DNA of 59,825 nt from Candidatus Saccharimonadota bacterium (GTDB lineage Bacteria; Patescibacteriota; Saccharimonadia; Saccharimonadales; AQU-01). Below the pieces are notes generated by a model, which ran no database searches, had not been told where the DNA came from, and saw only the letters and a list, made by a program, of their open reading frames with translations. Positions 1-9,348 of this stretch are shown here, one piece after another. The stretch spans positions 1 to 59,825 of the forward strand of contig JAHBAU020000003.1 in assembly GCA_018499905.2 (NCBI GenBank). Direction: 5' to 3'. Both the position numbers and the translations under genes were made by a program. The number at the start of each line of letters is the position of its first letter. Position 1 is the stretch's first letter.

Positions 1-1
1 A

Positions 2-157
2 ATTAATAAACTCGGCCAAAATATCTATACACCAACCTGGCTGGAGCTGAGTAAACTACATGAAGTGAATTTTGTTGCGAAAGTGCTCAAGGAGCCAATT
101 CTAGAAGGGGCTACGCATGGGTTTCCAGATGAGCCCATTGAAATAAGTGGTAGCTAA
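2..157 (+). CDS. 3' end of a hypothetical protein running in from the left edge
   Basis: Open frame 2..157 (INKLGQNIYTPTWLELSK...EISGS*) ending TAA at 155-157; no motif recognised. Confidence 0.5.
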   Translation: MNKLGQNIYTPTWLELSKLHEVNFVAKVLKEPILEGATHGFPDEPIEISGS

Positions 158-242
158 TTTTACGTCAATTTAGAGATGATCTTTGCGAGCGTCGCGTGGT
201 AAAATGGACTTCTTGAATCTAACAAGGAGGGAGCCATAAGGT

Positions 243-851
243 ATGGGGTCTTTTAAAGACTGGCGCAAGCGAATCATCGCAATTTCGGCAGCCGTTCTGT
301 TTTTGGCGACATCGGTTGGTTTTAGCCTGATGGTCATCTGGCAGATCAAGCGTGATAATGACCAGAACAAACAGCAGCAAGAATTACAGTCAGCACTCGA
401 CCAGGCGCAGACAGAAAACACCAATGCGTCTGAAGCAAATGAGGCGACAGAGTCAACAAATCAAACTAGCGAGGAGACTACAAAATTGGAAGGCACAAAA
501 CTTAGCGGATTTACACCCGTCGCATCGGTTACACAATTACAAATTACGGACACAGTTGCCGGTACTGGCGCAGAAGTGAAGGCTGGCGACACCATAACCG
601 CTCACTATACTGGCGCCCTGGCAAAGGATGGCACGATCTTCCAAAGTTCACTCGATACCGGCAACCCATTCACAAGCCCTTTGGCCAATCTCATTCAGGG
701 CTGGCAAACTGGCATCCCCGGCATGAAAGAAGGCGGTACTCGTCGTTTGGTTATCCCAGCCGCTCAAGCTTACGGTTCGACTGAACGTCCTGGCATTCCT
801 GCTAATTCTGATCTGGTTTTTGACATTCAACTGATCAAAATAGGCGAATAA
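243..851 (+). CDS. FKBP-type peptidyl-prolyl isomerase with N-terminal membrane anchor and Q/E/T-rich linker
   Basis: HYTG..DG..FQSS, LIQGWQTGIPGMKEGGTRRLVIPAAQAYG, IPANSDLVFDIQL motifs; GGAGG SD upstream. Confidence 0.92.
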   Translation: MGSFKDWRKRIIAISAAVLFLATSVGFSLMVIWQIKRDNDQNKQQQELQSALDQAQTENTNASEANEATESTNQTSEETTKLEGTKLSGFTPVASVTQLQITDTVAGTGAEVKAGDTITAHYTGALAKDGTIFQSSLDTGNPFTSPLANLIQGWQTGIPGMKEGGTRRLVIPAAQAYGSTERPGIPANSDLVFDIQLIKIGE

Positions 852-880
852 ATAGGGTCTAAAGCACAACATATAGCGTC

Positions 881-910
881 TTGACGATTAGCATAAGCGC
901 TATATATAAT
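881..910 (+). promoter_or_regulatory. sigma70-type promoter of glutaredoxin gene
   Basis: TTGACG 881-886 and TATAAT 905-910. Confidence 0.6.
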
Positions 911-964
911 AAAAACTAAGCTTAAATAAGCAAAATCAAAAGCGATATCTTAAAGGGGGAAAAG

Positions 965-1213
965 ATGCCAAAGAATATTACTATCTTCACGACCAATACC
1001 TGCGCCTACTGCAGTATGGTGAAGCGTTGGTTGGGCGCTAAGGGTTACCAATACGAAGAGGTTAATCTTGACGAGCATCCCCATCGTCAACAAGAAGCGT
1101 TGGCAATTAGTGGCCAGTTGACTGTACCGATTACGGTGGTGACGAAGCATGATGATAGTCAGCAGGTGGTGGTAGGCTTTAATTTAGCCCAATTAGCTCC
1201 CGCTGTCGCTTAA
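965..1213 (+). CDS. NrdH/glutaredoxin-like protein
   Basis: CAYC redox motif, TVP cis-Pro motif, VVVGFN C-terminus. Confidence 0.9.
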   Translation: MPKNITIFTTNTCAYCSMVKRWLGAKGYQYEEVNLDEHPHRQQEALAISGQLTVPITVVTKHDDSQQVVVGFNLAQLAPAVA

Positions 1214-1215
1214 GC

Positions 1216-1332
1216 TCGATTCTAGAAAGCGCCCTTTGATCCAAAAATTCCGCTTCCGCACCAGCTGTACCTAAAGTACAGCTGGCTTACGGTTCTCATT
1301 TTTGAACCAAATTGCATCTTTCAGAATCAAGC
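1216..1332. repeat. Long imperfect inverted-repeat element (MITE/REP-like)
   Basis: Nested arms GCTCGATTCTAGAAAG/CTTTCAGAATCAAGC, TTTGATCCAAAAAT/ATTTTTGAACCAAA, perfect core CCAGCTGTAC-CTAAA-GTACAGCTGG (1261-1285). Confidence 0.75.
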
Positions 1333-1406
1333 CAACCTGGAATAAGGTCTTAGACAGGCTATGGTTTATACTAAGTAAGAAGAATTTAAGATCTGGAGTA
1401 GTGGAA

Positions 1407-2372
1407 ATGGCGGAGAAGGTTTGGGATGTGATTATGGTGGGTGCCGGGCCGGCGGCTTTGAGTGCGGCTATTTATACGACTCGCGAAGATTTGAAGACTT
1501 TGGTATTTGAAAAGGGTGCAGTTGGCGGTTTAGCGGCTGTTACGGATTGGATTGATAACTACCCAGGCTTTCCTAAAGGTGTGGCCGGACTAGAATTTGC
1601 CGATAGCCTCTGGGCTCAGGCGGAACGGTTTGGTACCGAGCTCGAGCTGGGTGAAGTAACCGAAATCGTAGATGAAGGCGCGCACAAGCGGCTCAAAACG
1701 ACCAGCGGCGATTTTGTCACCAAAACGGTTTTGATCGCCACTGGCAGTGATTACAAAAAAATCGGGGTACCAGGAGAGAAAGAGTTTTATGCTCACGGCG
1801 TGCACTACTGCGCCACCTGTGACGGTGCGTTTTACCGCGATAAGCGGCTGGTTGTCGTTGGTGGGGGTAACTCAGCCGTTCAAGAAGCGATGTTTTTAAC
1901 CAAATTTGCTTCACACATTGATTTACTGGTTCGCGGTGACAAGTTCCGAGCCTCTGATGTCTTGCAACACGAGCTCGAAAAGCACAAAGACAAGATCACG
2001 GTTCACTTTAACACCACGACCGACGAAATAGTTGGCGCGGATAACAAAGTCACCAAAGTGATTGGAACCGACAAATTAACTGGAAATAAGATTGAATTTG
2101 AAACCGACGGTGTCTTCGTGTTTGTTGGACTGAGCCCCAACTCTGCTTTTTTGAAGAATACCAAGATTGAGCTGGATGAAATTGGCTTCGTCAAAACGAA
2201 TCAGCACCTCGAAACATCTATGCCTGGTGTTTTTGCTGCTGGCGACATCCGCTCTGGAGCAACCATGCAGATTGCCAGTGCTGCTGGTGAAGGTGCCACG
2301 GCGGCCCTCATGATCCGCCAACACCTAGAAGGCCATACGCTTTCTCCCGAACCAAGCATGGTTTCTAACTAG
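1407..2372 (+). CDS. trxB: Thioredoxin-disulfide reductase
   Basis: GAGPAA, CATCDG, GGGNSA, GDIR motifs; start moved from 1302 to ATG 1407 behind GGAG SD. Confidence 0.95.
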   Translation: MAEKVWDVIMVGAGPAALSAAIYTTREDLKTLVFEKGAVGGLAAVTDWIDNYPGFPKGVAGLEFADSLWAQAERFGTELELGEVTEIVDEGAHKRLKTTSGDFVTKTVLIATGSDYKKIGVPGEKEFYAHGVHYCATCDGAFYRDKRLVVVGGGNSAVQEAMFLTKFASHIDLLVRGDKFRASDVLQHELEKHKDKITVHFNTTTDEIVGADNKVTKVIGTDKLTGNKIEFETDGVFVFVGLSPNSAFLKNTKIELDEIGFVKTNQHLETSMPGVFAAGDIRSGATMQIASAAGEGATAALMIRQHLEGHTLSPEPSMVSN

Positions 2373-2379
2373 TACAAAC

Positions 2380-2524
2380 TTTTTTCGTATCAAGCCCAGC
2401 TTCTGTTGCTAATCGCTAGATGAAACTGAGGGTTGGGCCGGTATATGTATGTCGTAACTCCACATGTGGAGCTTACGACATACATATACCGGCGCGCACC
2501 TTGGTTGCAAATGATACGAAAAAA
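2380..2524. repeat. Palindromic element with 13-bp terminal inverted repeats and a 57-bp near-perfect core; probable bidirectional terminator/MITE
   Basis: TTTTTTCGTATCA 2380-2392 / TGATACGAAAAAA 2512-2524; core 2437-2493 is a 28-bp stem with a single bulged C; lies between convergent genes. Confidence 0.85.
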
Positions 2525-2548
2525 AACTTCTCGAAAGTTGTAACGTGT

Positions 2549-3235
2549 CTAAATGGGTTGATAGCCGGGGAAGAAATCGAGTACTAGGCGGTTGGCAGGG
2601 AACCCAGCCGTTTTTAATTGCTTTTCCAAATTTTCAACCATCGGTTCGGGCCCCGAGATATACAGGATGGTTTGGTCGTCTTGAATTGCATTTAAAATGT
2701 CGTGAGCCCGCAGATGCTGTGCATGTGCTTCATGACCAGTAATAAATAACGTTGGTTCAATACCAGCAGCGGCAAATACCTCGCGAAACACCTCGTCGGC
2801 GGCTTCCTTCAATGAATAGATCATCTGGACGTTACGTGACTCCTTGGTATCGGCCAGCCATTTGGCCATGCTGCGGTAGGGTGTAATCCCCATGCCGCCA
2901 GCGACAAAAAATAATGGCGACGAAGTGTCTTTTGGCAGTACGAAGTCGCCCATTGGTTCGGATATCTCGACCACGTCGTTCAGTTGCAGTTCATGAAGTG
3001 TACGCTTAAAACTGCTGCCTTGGTGGCTAAAACGCGTAGTTATGGCTAGCAGTTCCTCAGTTGGCGATGACGATAGCGTAAACCACCGCCTAGTTCCTCG
3101 GTCGTCAGCGTTGTCGTGCGGTAAGGTTATTTCTATGAACTGGCCGGCGATATACCGGAATCGTCGTTCGGGTTCGAACCAAAAGCTATAAACCTGCTCA
3201 TTTAATTTTTCGGTTCTGACAAGCGTTGCTTTCAC
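2549..3235 (-). CDS. FNR-like FAD/NAD(P)-binding oxidoreductase
   Basis: GQF, RWFTLSSSP, PMGDF, AGGMGITPY, YISGPEPMV motifs; GTG start overlaps upstream stop. Confidence 0.88.
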   Translation of the reverse strand: MKATLVRTEKLNEQVYSFWFEPERRFRYIAGQFIEITLPHDNADDRGTRRWFTLSSSPTEELLAITTRFSHQGSSFKRTLHELQLNDVVEISEPMGDFVLPKDTSSPLFFVAGGMGITPYRSMAKWLADTKESRNVQMIYSLKEAADEVFREVFAAAGIEPTLFITGHEAHAQHLRAHDILNAIQDDQTILYISGPEPMVENLEKQLKTAGFPANRLVLDFFPGYQPI

Positions 3236-3921
3236 TGTTTCTCTCCTTTGCTGGCTATAAACCGTTCCGGGTGATTAGTGCAAAGTTCGATGTTCGGATA
3301 CAAAAACGTCAAAAATCTGCCAAGCAGCCGATTATTAACCGTATAAGCCATGATTGTCAGCTTACTGCGACGACTTAAAAAATAGGTCATTGGATTAAGC
3401 ACCCAAAAGTTGAGCGTTACACCGGTTGAGCCAAGAGCTTTGGCAATAAAAAAGCCCTCAACAGGGTTGGTGTTGGCGCACGGATATATTTTCGTTTTGG
3501 GCCGGATGTGCTTAAGGGTGTTAAGTTCATGGTACTTAAACGATGAAATCTCGACGTTGGCGTGCGGATAACGATCTAGAATGTCGGCCACACGCTGGGC
3601 CATACCGTCATCCTTGATTTCGGCCACCAAGAGAGTACCGTCAGCTGCTTCTATTGCCTCGCTAAAGGTTGGAATCTGATGGCCTCCATGCAATTTAATC
3701 TGTCGCAGTTCTGCGAAATCAAGTTCGTTTAAGGGTCGGACATCATCCGATAGTCTTGCCAGGTTGGCATCATGAAATACGACAACCTGCATGTCTTTGG
3801 TCAGCCTTAGATCAATCTCCATGCCAGCCACCCCGGCTTGTTTGGCCGCTTCAATAGAAGCGATGGTGTTTTCTAGGGCGAGACCGGCGGCCCCGCGATG
3901 GCCGATGATTTTTGTTCGCAT
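3232..3921 (-). CDS. Glycerophosphodiester phosphodiesterase family protein
   Basis: IIGHRGAAG..ENT, EIDLRLTKD..VVFHD, EIK motifs. Confidence 0.92.
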   Translation of the reverse strand: MRTKIIGHRGAAGLALENTIASIEAAKQAGVAGMEIDLRLTKDMQVVVFHDANLARLSDDVRPLNELDFAELRQIKLHGGHQIPTFSEAIEAADGTLLVAEIKDDGMAQRVADILDRYPHANVEISSFKYHELNTLKHIRPKTKIYPCANTNPVEGFFIAKALGSTGVTLNFWVLNPMTYFLSRRSKLTIMAYTVNNRLLGRFLTFLYPNIELCTNHPERFIASKGEKQ

Positions 3922-3970
3922 ATCTGACCCTAGTGTACAATAATGTTGAAGAAGATAAACGGAGATAAAT

Positions 3971-4504
3971 ATGGGCTATCCATTCAACAAACTGCCATTT
4001 GGAAAAATTCAAGAGTTCGTAACAACAGTCATTGAAATCCCAAAGGGTTCAATGCTCAAAGTCGAATGGCGCCGCAAAGAAGAGTTTTTTGCGTTAGACC
4101 GCGTCGAGCCGGGTATTTTTGCCAAGCCGGTTAACTACGGCTTTATCCCGCAGACGCTTGATGAAGATGGTGATGAGCTCGATACGTTAGTAGTTACTGG
4201 CGAGCCTATGCCAATGGGGTTGGTTGTTGAAGAGTGTCGAGTAATTGGCATGGTAGATTTTGTTGATGACGGCGAAAACGACCACAAGGTCATTTTGGTG
4301 CCAATGGACGATCGTCATTACGGTGAAATCACGCACGTTGACGAGCTTGGTGAACAATGGAAGAAGCAAATTACCCACCACTTTACTCACTACAAAGATC
4401 TGAAGAAGGGTGGCACCGAAGTCCGCGGTATCGTTGGACCGGACGAGGCCTGGAAAGTCATCCAGGAGTGCTCCGACCGCGCCCAAGCCGACAAGTGGTG
4501 GTAA
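3971..4504 (+). CDS. ppa: Inorganic pyrophosphatase (family I)
   Basis: IEIPKGS, NYGFIPQTLDEDGDELD, DHKV, FTHYKDL motifs. Confidence 0.95.
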   Translation: MGYPFNKLPFGKIQEFVTTVIEIPKGSMLKVEWRRKEEFFALDRVEPGIFAKPVNYGFIPQTLDEDGDELDTLVVTGEPMPMGLVVEECRVIGMVDFVDDGENDHKVILVPMDDRHYGEITHVDELGEQWKKQITHHFTHYKDLKKGGTEVRGIVGPDEAWKVIQECSDRAQADKWW

Positions 4505-5680
4505 ATGATGGCTCAGGCTACAAAGGGCGAGCAAGCTAAGGCTGTAGCTTTATACACCCTAAGCAAAGGGTTCTTGGCTTATTACTTTGTTTTACTGCCT
4601 CTGCTTTATGAGCGAGGCCTGATAACAACTAGACAGGTGGGCTATATCGGTGCTGGTTTCATAATGGCCCTAATTGCTGCTGCTTTTTTGGTCGCCAACA
4701 GGCTCCACAGCCTATCGACAAAATCATTGCTGAAGCGATCCTCATGGCTAGTGCTGGCTACCTCGATTGTTTTAGTTTGGACTGCTAGATCTGGTAATGT
4801 GCCTTTATTAGCAGCTTGCTATGCGCTCACTGGGCTATCGGTAGGGTTAAGCATTTCGGCGGTAAATGCTCTATTGGCTTCGTACACAACCAAGGGAAAT
4901 CGTTACGGGCTGTTGGCAAATCTATCGATGATCTCGAGTTTGTCCCGAATCGTATACCCAATCCTAGTAGCTGTAGTATTACTGGCTAGCGATAATTATT
5001 ATCTAACTTTTATTATCGGTGTATTACAAGCACTAGCCATACTACTTCTTAGTAGTAAAGTGTCAGTTTCCTCCAACTTGCATCTGGAATCTAGCGATAA
5101 CGAAGTTAAGGTGAAACTACTGACCAAACCTGGTTTTAGATACGTGTTGTCTTTAGAATTTTTAGATTCATTTGCGAGCGCACAACTGTTTGTTTTCTTG
5201 CCAATACTCTTTTTATCTAAGGGGTATAGTATATTGAACGGATTTGCCCTGCAGGCCAGCGTTTTCTTCGGATATGTTGTCGGAACGTTTATTTTAAGCA
5301 AGCTCTCCAAAAAATATTCCGGCTATCGGTCACTTATGATTGCAGAACTGGGCATGGTTATCACGATTTTAGCGTTGCTATACCTAAGAGGACTCGGCCT
5401 ATTATTATTTGTGACATTCCTGCTTGGTGGCTTTGCCAGGGGTACCTCGCCAATTCTAAAGGCCATGTCATTTGATAACCTCGAAGAGAGAGAGTACAAA
5501 AAAGGCGGGGCGATGCACGTTATTGCAGGCGATAGCGGTAACGCGGTCGCACAGCTGCTGTTTGGTCTGCTGATTGGCTGGTTTGGTGTTAAGTCGCCGT
5601 TCTTTGCTTCTGCTGTTGTTTGTATTTTCATCATTGTGTTGCTGATTAACCAAAGAAGAAGGGGCGCTATTCACGTATGA
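4505..5680 (+). CDS. MFS transporter
   Basis: About 12 hydrophobic segments in two halves, 391 aa; abuts ppa stop. Confidence 0.8.
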   Translation: MMAQATKGEQAKAVALYTLSKGFLAYYFVLLPLLYERGLITTRQVGYIGAGFIMALIAAAFLVANRLHSLSTKSLLKRSSWLVLATSIVLVWTARSGNVPLLAACYALTGLSVGLSISAVNALLASYTTKGNRYGLLANLSMISSLSRIVYPILVAVVLLASDNYYLTFIIGVLQALAILLLSSKVSVSSNLHLESSDNEVKVKLLTKPGFRYVLSLEFLDSFASAQLFVFLPILFLSKGYSILNGFALQASVFFGYVVGTFILSKLSKKYSGYRSLMIAELGMVITILALLYLRGLGLLLFVTFLLGGFARGTSPILKAMSFDNLEEREYKKGGAMHVIAGDSGNAVAQLLFGLLIGWFGVKSPFFASAVVCIFIIVLLINQRRRGAIHV

Positions 5681-6243
5681 GTTGGGATGCAAAATGGACT
5701 GGGAGAATGTGGGTGGCGCAGCAATCGGTTCAGGCGGACGGCCGTGTGTTTGAACGGGTGTTACGGGCGCCTGGTAGCCGGATTATCATTGTCAAAAATA
5801 ACAAATTACTATTGAGCCGAGAAAAGCGCGCTGAACTTGGTGGCGCAGTTGACTACCGCTTACCTGGCGGAAAGGTATTTGACACCAACCAGGCCTATCA
5901 GGAATTCATTGAGTCCGGAAAAGACATTGTTGCAGCCAGCCGTGAGTCAATAGCCAAAGAGGCTTTAGAAGAGGTCGGCGTAGTGGTTGACCCTGCAAAA
6001 CTGGAATACCTCGGCGTTGACATCTTGGGCGCTACTTGTGCCTGGGACTTGCACTATTGGTTGGCAACCGAGTCTGACGAACATTCGGAGGGTGCCCAGT
6101 ACCATGAGTCAGAAGCAGAAGAAATCGAAGGCTGTGAGTGGGTTACTTTTGAAGAGGCGAGAAACATCGCACTTGATGCTTCTAGGTTCTCTGAGAGCCG
6201 TTCTGCTGCGCAGCTGCTTAGATGGCTAGAACTTCATCATTAA
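5677..6243 (+). CDS. NUDIX hydrolase
   Basis: LPGGK...KEALEEVG Nudix box with an insertion; ATGA overlap with MFS. Confidence 0.8.
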   Translation: MSWDAKWTGRMWVAQQSVQADGRVFERVLRAPGSRIIIVKNNKLLLSREKRAELGGAVDYRLPGGKVFDTNQAYQEFIESGKDIVAASRESIAKEALEEVGVVVDPAKLEYLGVDILGATCAWDLHYWLATESDEHSEGAQYHESEAEEIEGCEWVTFEEARNIALDASRFSESRSAAQLLRWLELHH

Positions 6244-6253
6244 AGACCCAGAC

Positions 6254-6282
6254 TTGCCTAACACTGCTTACGCTTATACAAT
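6254..6282 (+). promoter_or_regulatory. sigma70-type promoter of gap operon
   Basis: TTGCCT 6254-6259, 17 bp spacer, TACAAT 6277-6282. Confidence 0.6.
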
Positions 6283-6319
6283 ACCTCTGAAAGTATAGAT
6301 AACTAAGCAGGGGTATTTC

Positions 6320-7348
6320 ATGAAGACTAAGGTGGCGATAAACGGATTCGGACGAATTGGTCGGAATGCTTTTAAGATTGCGTTTGACCGGTCCGATCTA
6401 GAGATTGTAGCTATTAATGATATTACCGATACCAAAACATTGGCATATCTGCTAAAGCACGATAGTAACTACGGTACCTACAAACATGATGTCGGGCATG
6501 ACGACACTGGCATTATCGTCAACGGCCAACACATTAAGGTCCTTGCCGAAAAAGATCCGGCCGCCTTGCCGTGGAAAGACCTTGGTGTCGATGTTGTTAT
6601 TGAATCTACTGGATTTTTTGTAAAACCAGAACTCGCCAAAGCTCACATCACGGCCGGAGCTAAAAAAGTTGTCTTGTCCGCGCCTGCTAAGGGTGAAGGT
6701 GCCACAACCATTGTGCTTGGGGTGAATGAGGACCAGCTGCCAGGCTCATCAGAAGTCATTAGTAACGCCTCTTGCACCACAAACTGTATTACTCCTGTAG
6801 CGGCAGTGATCGAGAGCGCTTTTGGGATTGAAAAAGCCATGATGACCACCGTCCATAGCTACACAGCCAGCCAGAAATTGCAGGATGCGCCAGCGAAAGA
6901 CTTGCGTGAAGGACGCAACGCGGCAGAAAACATAGTGCCAACAACCACAGGTGCCTCAATTGCCGCAGCTCAGGCGCTGCCGGCCTTACAAGGTATTTTT
7001 GGTGGCTTAAGCGTCCGTGTCCCAACCCCAGTAGTTTCTTTAAGTGATTTTGTCATTATTACCAAAAAACCGGTCACCGTCGAAGAGGTTAATGAAGCCT
7101 TTAAAAAGGCAGCCAAGGAGCCGTTTTATCAGGGTATTTTAGACGTCACTGAAGAGGAGTTGGTCAGTAGCGACTTTATCGGCAATAGTCATTCTGCCAT
7201 TGTAGACCTCAACCTAACTGCCGTCATTGGCGGCAATATGCTCAAAGTCGTCGCTTGGTACGATAATGAATGGGGCTACTCTAACCGACTGGTTGAAGTC
7301 GTCGCCGACACCGGTAAATTACTACAGCAGCAAGCAGGAGCGGCGTAA
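6320..7348 (+). CDS. gap: Glyceraldehyde-3-phosphate dehydrogenase type I
   Basis: INGFGRIGR, SNASCTTNC, WYDNEWGYS. Confidence 0.98.
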   Translation: MKTKVAINGFGRIGRNAFKIAFDRSDLEIVAINDITDTKTLAYLLKHDSNYGTYKHDVGHDDTGIIVNGQHIKVLAEKDPAALPWKDLGVDVVIESTGFFVKPELAKAHITAGAKKVVLSAPAKGEGATTIVLGVNEDQLPGSSEVISNASCTTNCITPVAAVIESAFGIEKAMMTTVHSYTASQKLQDAPAKDLREGRNAAENIVPTTTGASIAAAQALPALQGIFGGLSVRVPTPVVSLSDFVIITKKPVTVEEVNEAFKKAAKEPFYQGILDVTEEELVSSDFIGNSHSAIVDLNLTAVIGGNMLKVVAWYDNEWGYSNRLVEVVADTGKLLQQQAGAA

Positions 7349-7351
7349 TCA

Positions 7352-7798
7352 ATGAAAATATATATAGGTGCCGATCATCGAGGATTTGAATCCAAAGACC
7401 GTATTAAGGATTTCCTGACCCAGGCGAATTACTGGGTCAAAGACGTTGGCGATGATCGCATGGAGCCTGACGATGATTTTCCTCAATTCGCTGGGCGTTG
7501 TGCCAGTGAAGTTCTCGGCAGTGATGATCCGCATGCCCGCGGTATTCTTATTTGTGGGAGTGGTCAGGGCATGTGCATGGGGGCTAATCGGTTCAAGGGC
7601 ATTCGTGCAGTGCTAGCCCACGATAAAGAAGCAGCCCGCAGCTCGCGGACCGACGATGATAGCAATGTTATCTGTTTTCCAAACGACGTGGTTGAAAGGG
7701 GTGACTGGCAAGACATCCTGATGTCCTGGTTAGACACGCCATTTGCCGGAGCGCCACGCTATGCCAGGCGTATCAAACAACTTGATGATTTAGGGTAG
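7352..7798 (+). CDS. rpiB: RpiB/LacA/LacB family sugar-phosphate isomerase
   Basis: GADHRG, ICGSGQG, ANRFKGIRA. Confidence 0.9.
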   Translation: MKIYIGADHRGFESKDRIKDFLTQANYWVKDVGDDRMEPDDDFPQFAGRCASEVLGSDDPHARGILICGSGQGMCMGANRFKGIRAVLAHDKEAARSSRTDDDSNVICFPNDVVERGDWQDILMSWLDTPFAGAPRYARRIKQLDDLG

Positions 7799-7809
7799 GG
7801 CGCACATTC

Positions 7810-8448
7810 ATGGCAGCGATTGCCCCGACCGTTACCGCAACTGAGCCGCATGCCTATCGGGAACAGATGACTCGAGCTGCAGGTTTTGCCAAACGTATCC
7901 ATATTGATATTGCCGATGGCCAGTTGGCACCCGTCAAACTACTTCATCCGATCCATATGTGGCTGCCAGAAGGCATTGAGTGCGATGTGCACGTGATGTT
8001 TCAGCAGCCGTTGAGTATTGAACGCCGCTTGCTCGACCTCAAGCCAGACCTGGTTATTTTTCATAGCGAGGCTGATGGTGATTTTTATCGTTTGATACAA
8101 CCATACAAAAAGGCTGGCATTCGAGTCGGCCTGGCGCTCTTGCAGCAGACATCAGTAGAAACTATTGCGCCTGTTATTCAAGACCTTGATCATGTACTGA
8201 TCTTTAGCGGTGACCTAGGCCACCATGGCGGCCATGCAGACCTCGGGCTGCTCGACAAGGCAGCTGCTTTGCGAGCATTGAAACCGGATCTTGAACTTGG
8301 TTGGGACGGCGGCATTAACGATACCAACGCCCGGTCACTGCTTGACGGCGGCATCGATGTTTTAAACGTCGGTGGCTTCATTCAGCGGGCCACTAATCCT
8401 CAAGCTGCTTATGATAAACTAGAGTCGATACTAACCGCCGATCGATAG
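7810..8448 (+). CDS. rpe: Ribulose-phosphate 3-epimerase
   Basis: HIDIADG, DVHVM, DGGIN motifs. Confidence 0.88.
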   Translation: MAAIAPTVTATEPHAYREQMTRAAGFAKRIHIDIADGQLAPVKLLHPIHMWLPEGIECDVHVMFQQPLSIERRLLDLKPDLVIFHSEADGDFYRLIQPYKKAGIRVGLALLQQTSVETIAPVIQDLDHVLIFSGDLGHHGGHADLGLLDKAAALRALKPDLELGWDGGINDTNARSLLDGGIDVLNVGGFIQRATNPQAAYDKLESILTADR

Positions 8449-8457
8449 AAGGTACTC

Positions 8458-9348
8458 TTGGCTACAGAAAAACTAACACTAGAAGCACTCGAGCTGAAGG
8501 CGAATGATATTCGTCAGGATATTATTCGAATGCTGGAACATGCTGGCAGCGGCCACAGTGCTGGCCCGCTTGGTCTGGCTGACATCTTTACGGCGCTCTA
8601 TTTTGATGTTTTGAAGCATGATCCCAAAAAGCCCGACTGGGATATGCGTGACCTCGTCATATTATCTAACGGTCATTGCGTACCGGTGCAATATGCGACC
8701 ATGGCCCACGCCGGCTATTTTGACAAAAAAGAACTGCTCACCTTAAGAAAATTTGGTTCCCGACTACAAGGTCATCCAGAACGAATCAAGCTGCCAGGTC
8801 TCGAGACAACTAGCGGCCCCTTAGGCTGCGGTCTCAGTCAAGCCGCTGGTATGGCTTTGGCGATGCGTATGGACCAAGTATTTCACCGCTGGATCTACGT
8901 CGTCATGGGCGACGGCGAGCAAGATGAGGGGAATGTCTGGGAAGCGGCCATGTTAGCTGCTAAGTACAAACTCAACAACATTATTGCCATTACCGACAGA
9001 AATAACATTCAAATCGATGGCCCCACCGAACAAGTGATGCCGCTGGAAGATCTTAAGGCAAAGTGGGAGTCTTTTGGCTGGCATGTGATGACGATTGACG
9101 GCAATAACATGGAAACGATCATCGACACCTTGGCTATGGCCCGGGCGATTGTTGATAAGCCGGTCATGATCATTGCCTATACCATCCCCGGTAAGGGCGT
9201 TGGCTACATGGAATACGACTATCACTGGCACGGTGCGCCTCCAGGCATACAGGATGTACCTGGCGATCCGCCAAAAGCCGATCAAGCTAAAATTGCCCTG
9301 CATGAACTCCGGACTCTCCGCGGCAAGATAAGGGGCGAACATGAATAA
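8458..9348 (+). CDS. Transketolase, N-terminal (TPP-binding) subunit
   Basis: SGH, LSNGH, LQGHP, GDGEQDEG..WEA; TTG start. Confidence 0.95.
   Translation: MATEKLTLEALELKANDIRQDIIRMLEHAGSGHSAGPLGLADIFTALYFDVLKHDPKKPDWDMRDLVILSNGHCVPVQYATMAHAGYFDKKELLTLRKFGSRLQGHPERIKLPGLETTSGPLGCGLSQAAGMALAMRMDQVFHRWIYVVMGDGEQDEGNVWEAAMLAAKYKLNNIIAITDRNNIQIDGPTEQVMPLEDLKAKWESFGWHVMTIDGNNMETIIDTLAMARAIVDKPVMIIAYTIPGKGVGYMEYDYHWHGAPPGIQDVPGDPPKADQAKIALHELRTLRGKIRGEHE

Noticed and set aside
1302-1406. N-terminal extension of TrxB in the ORF track
   Set aside because: It starts at a TTG inside the hairpin element; the SD and family homology begin at ATG 1407
2380-2524. Palindromes as CRISPR repeats
   Set aside because: No repeat-spacer periodicity and no cas genes anywhere in the window
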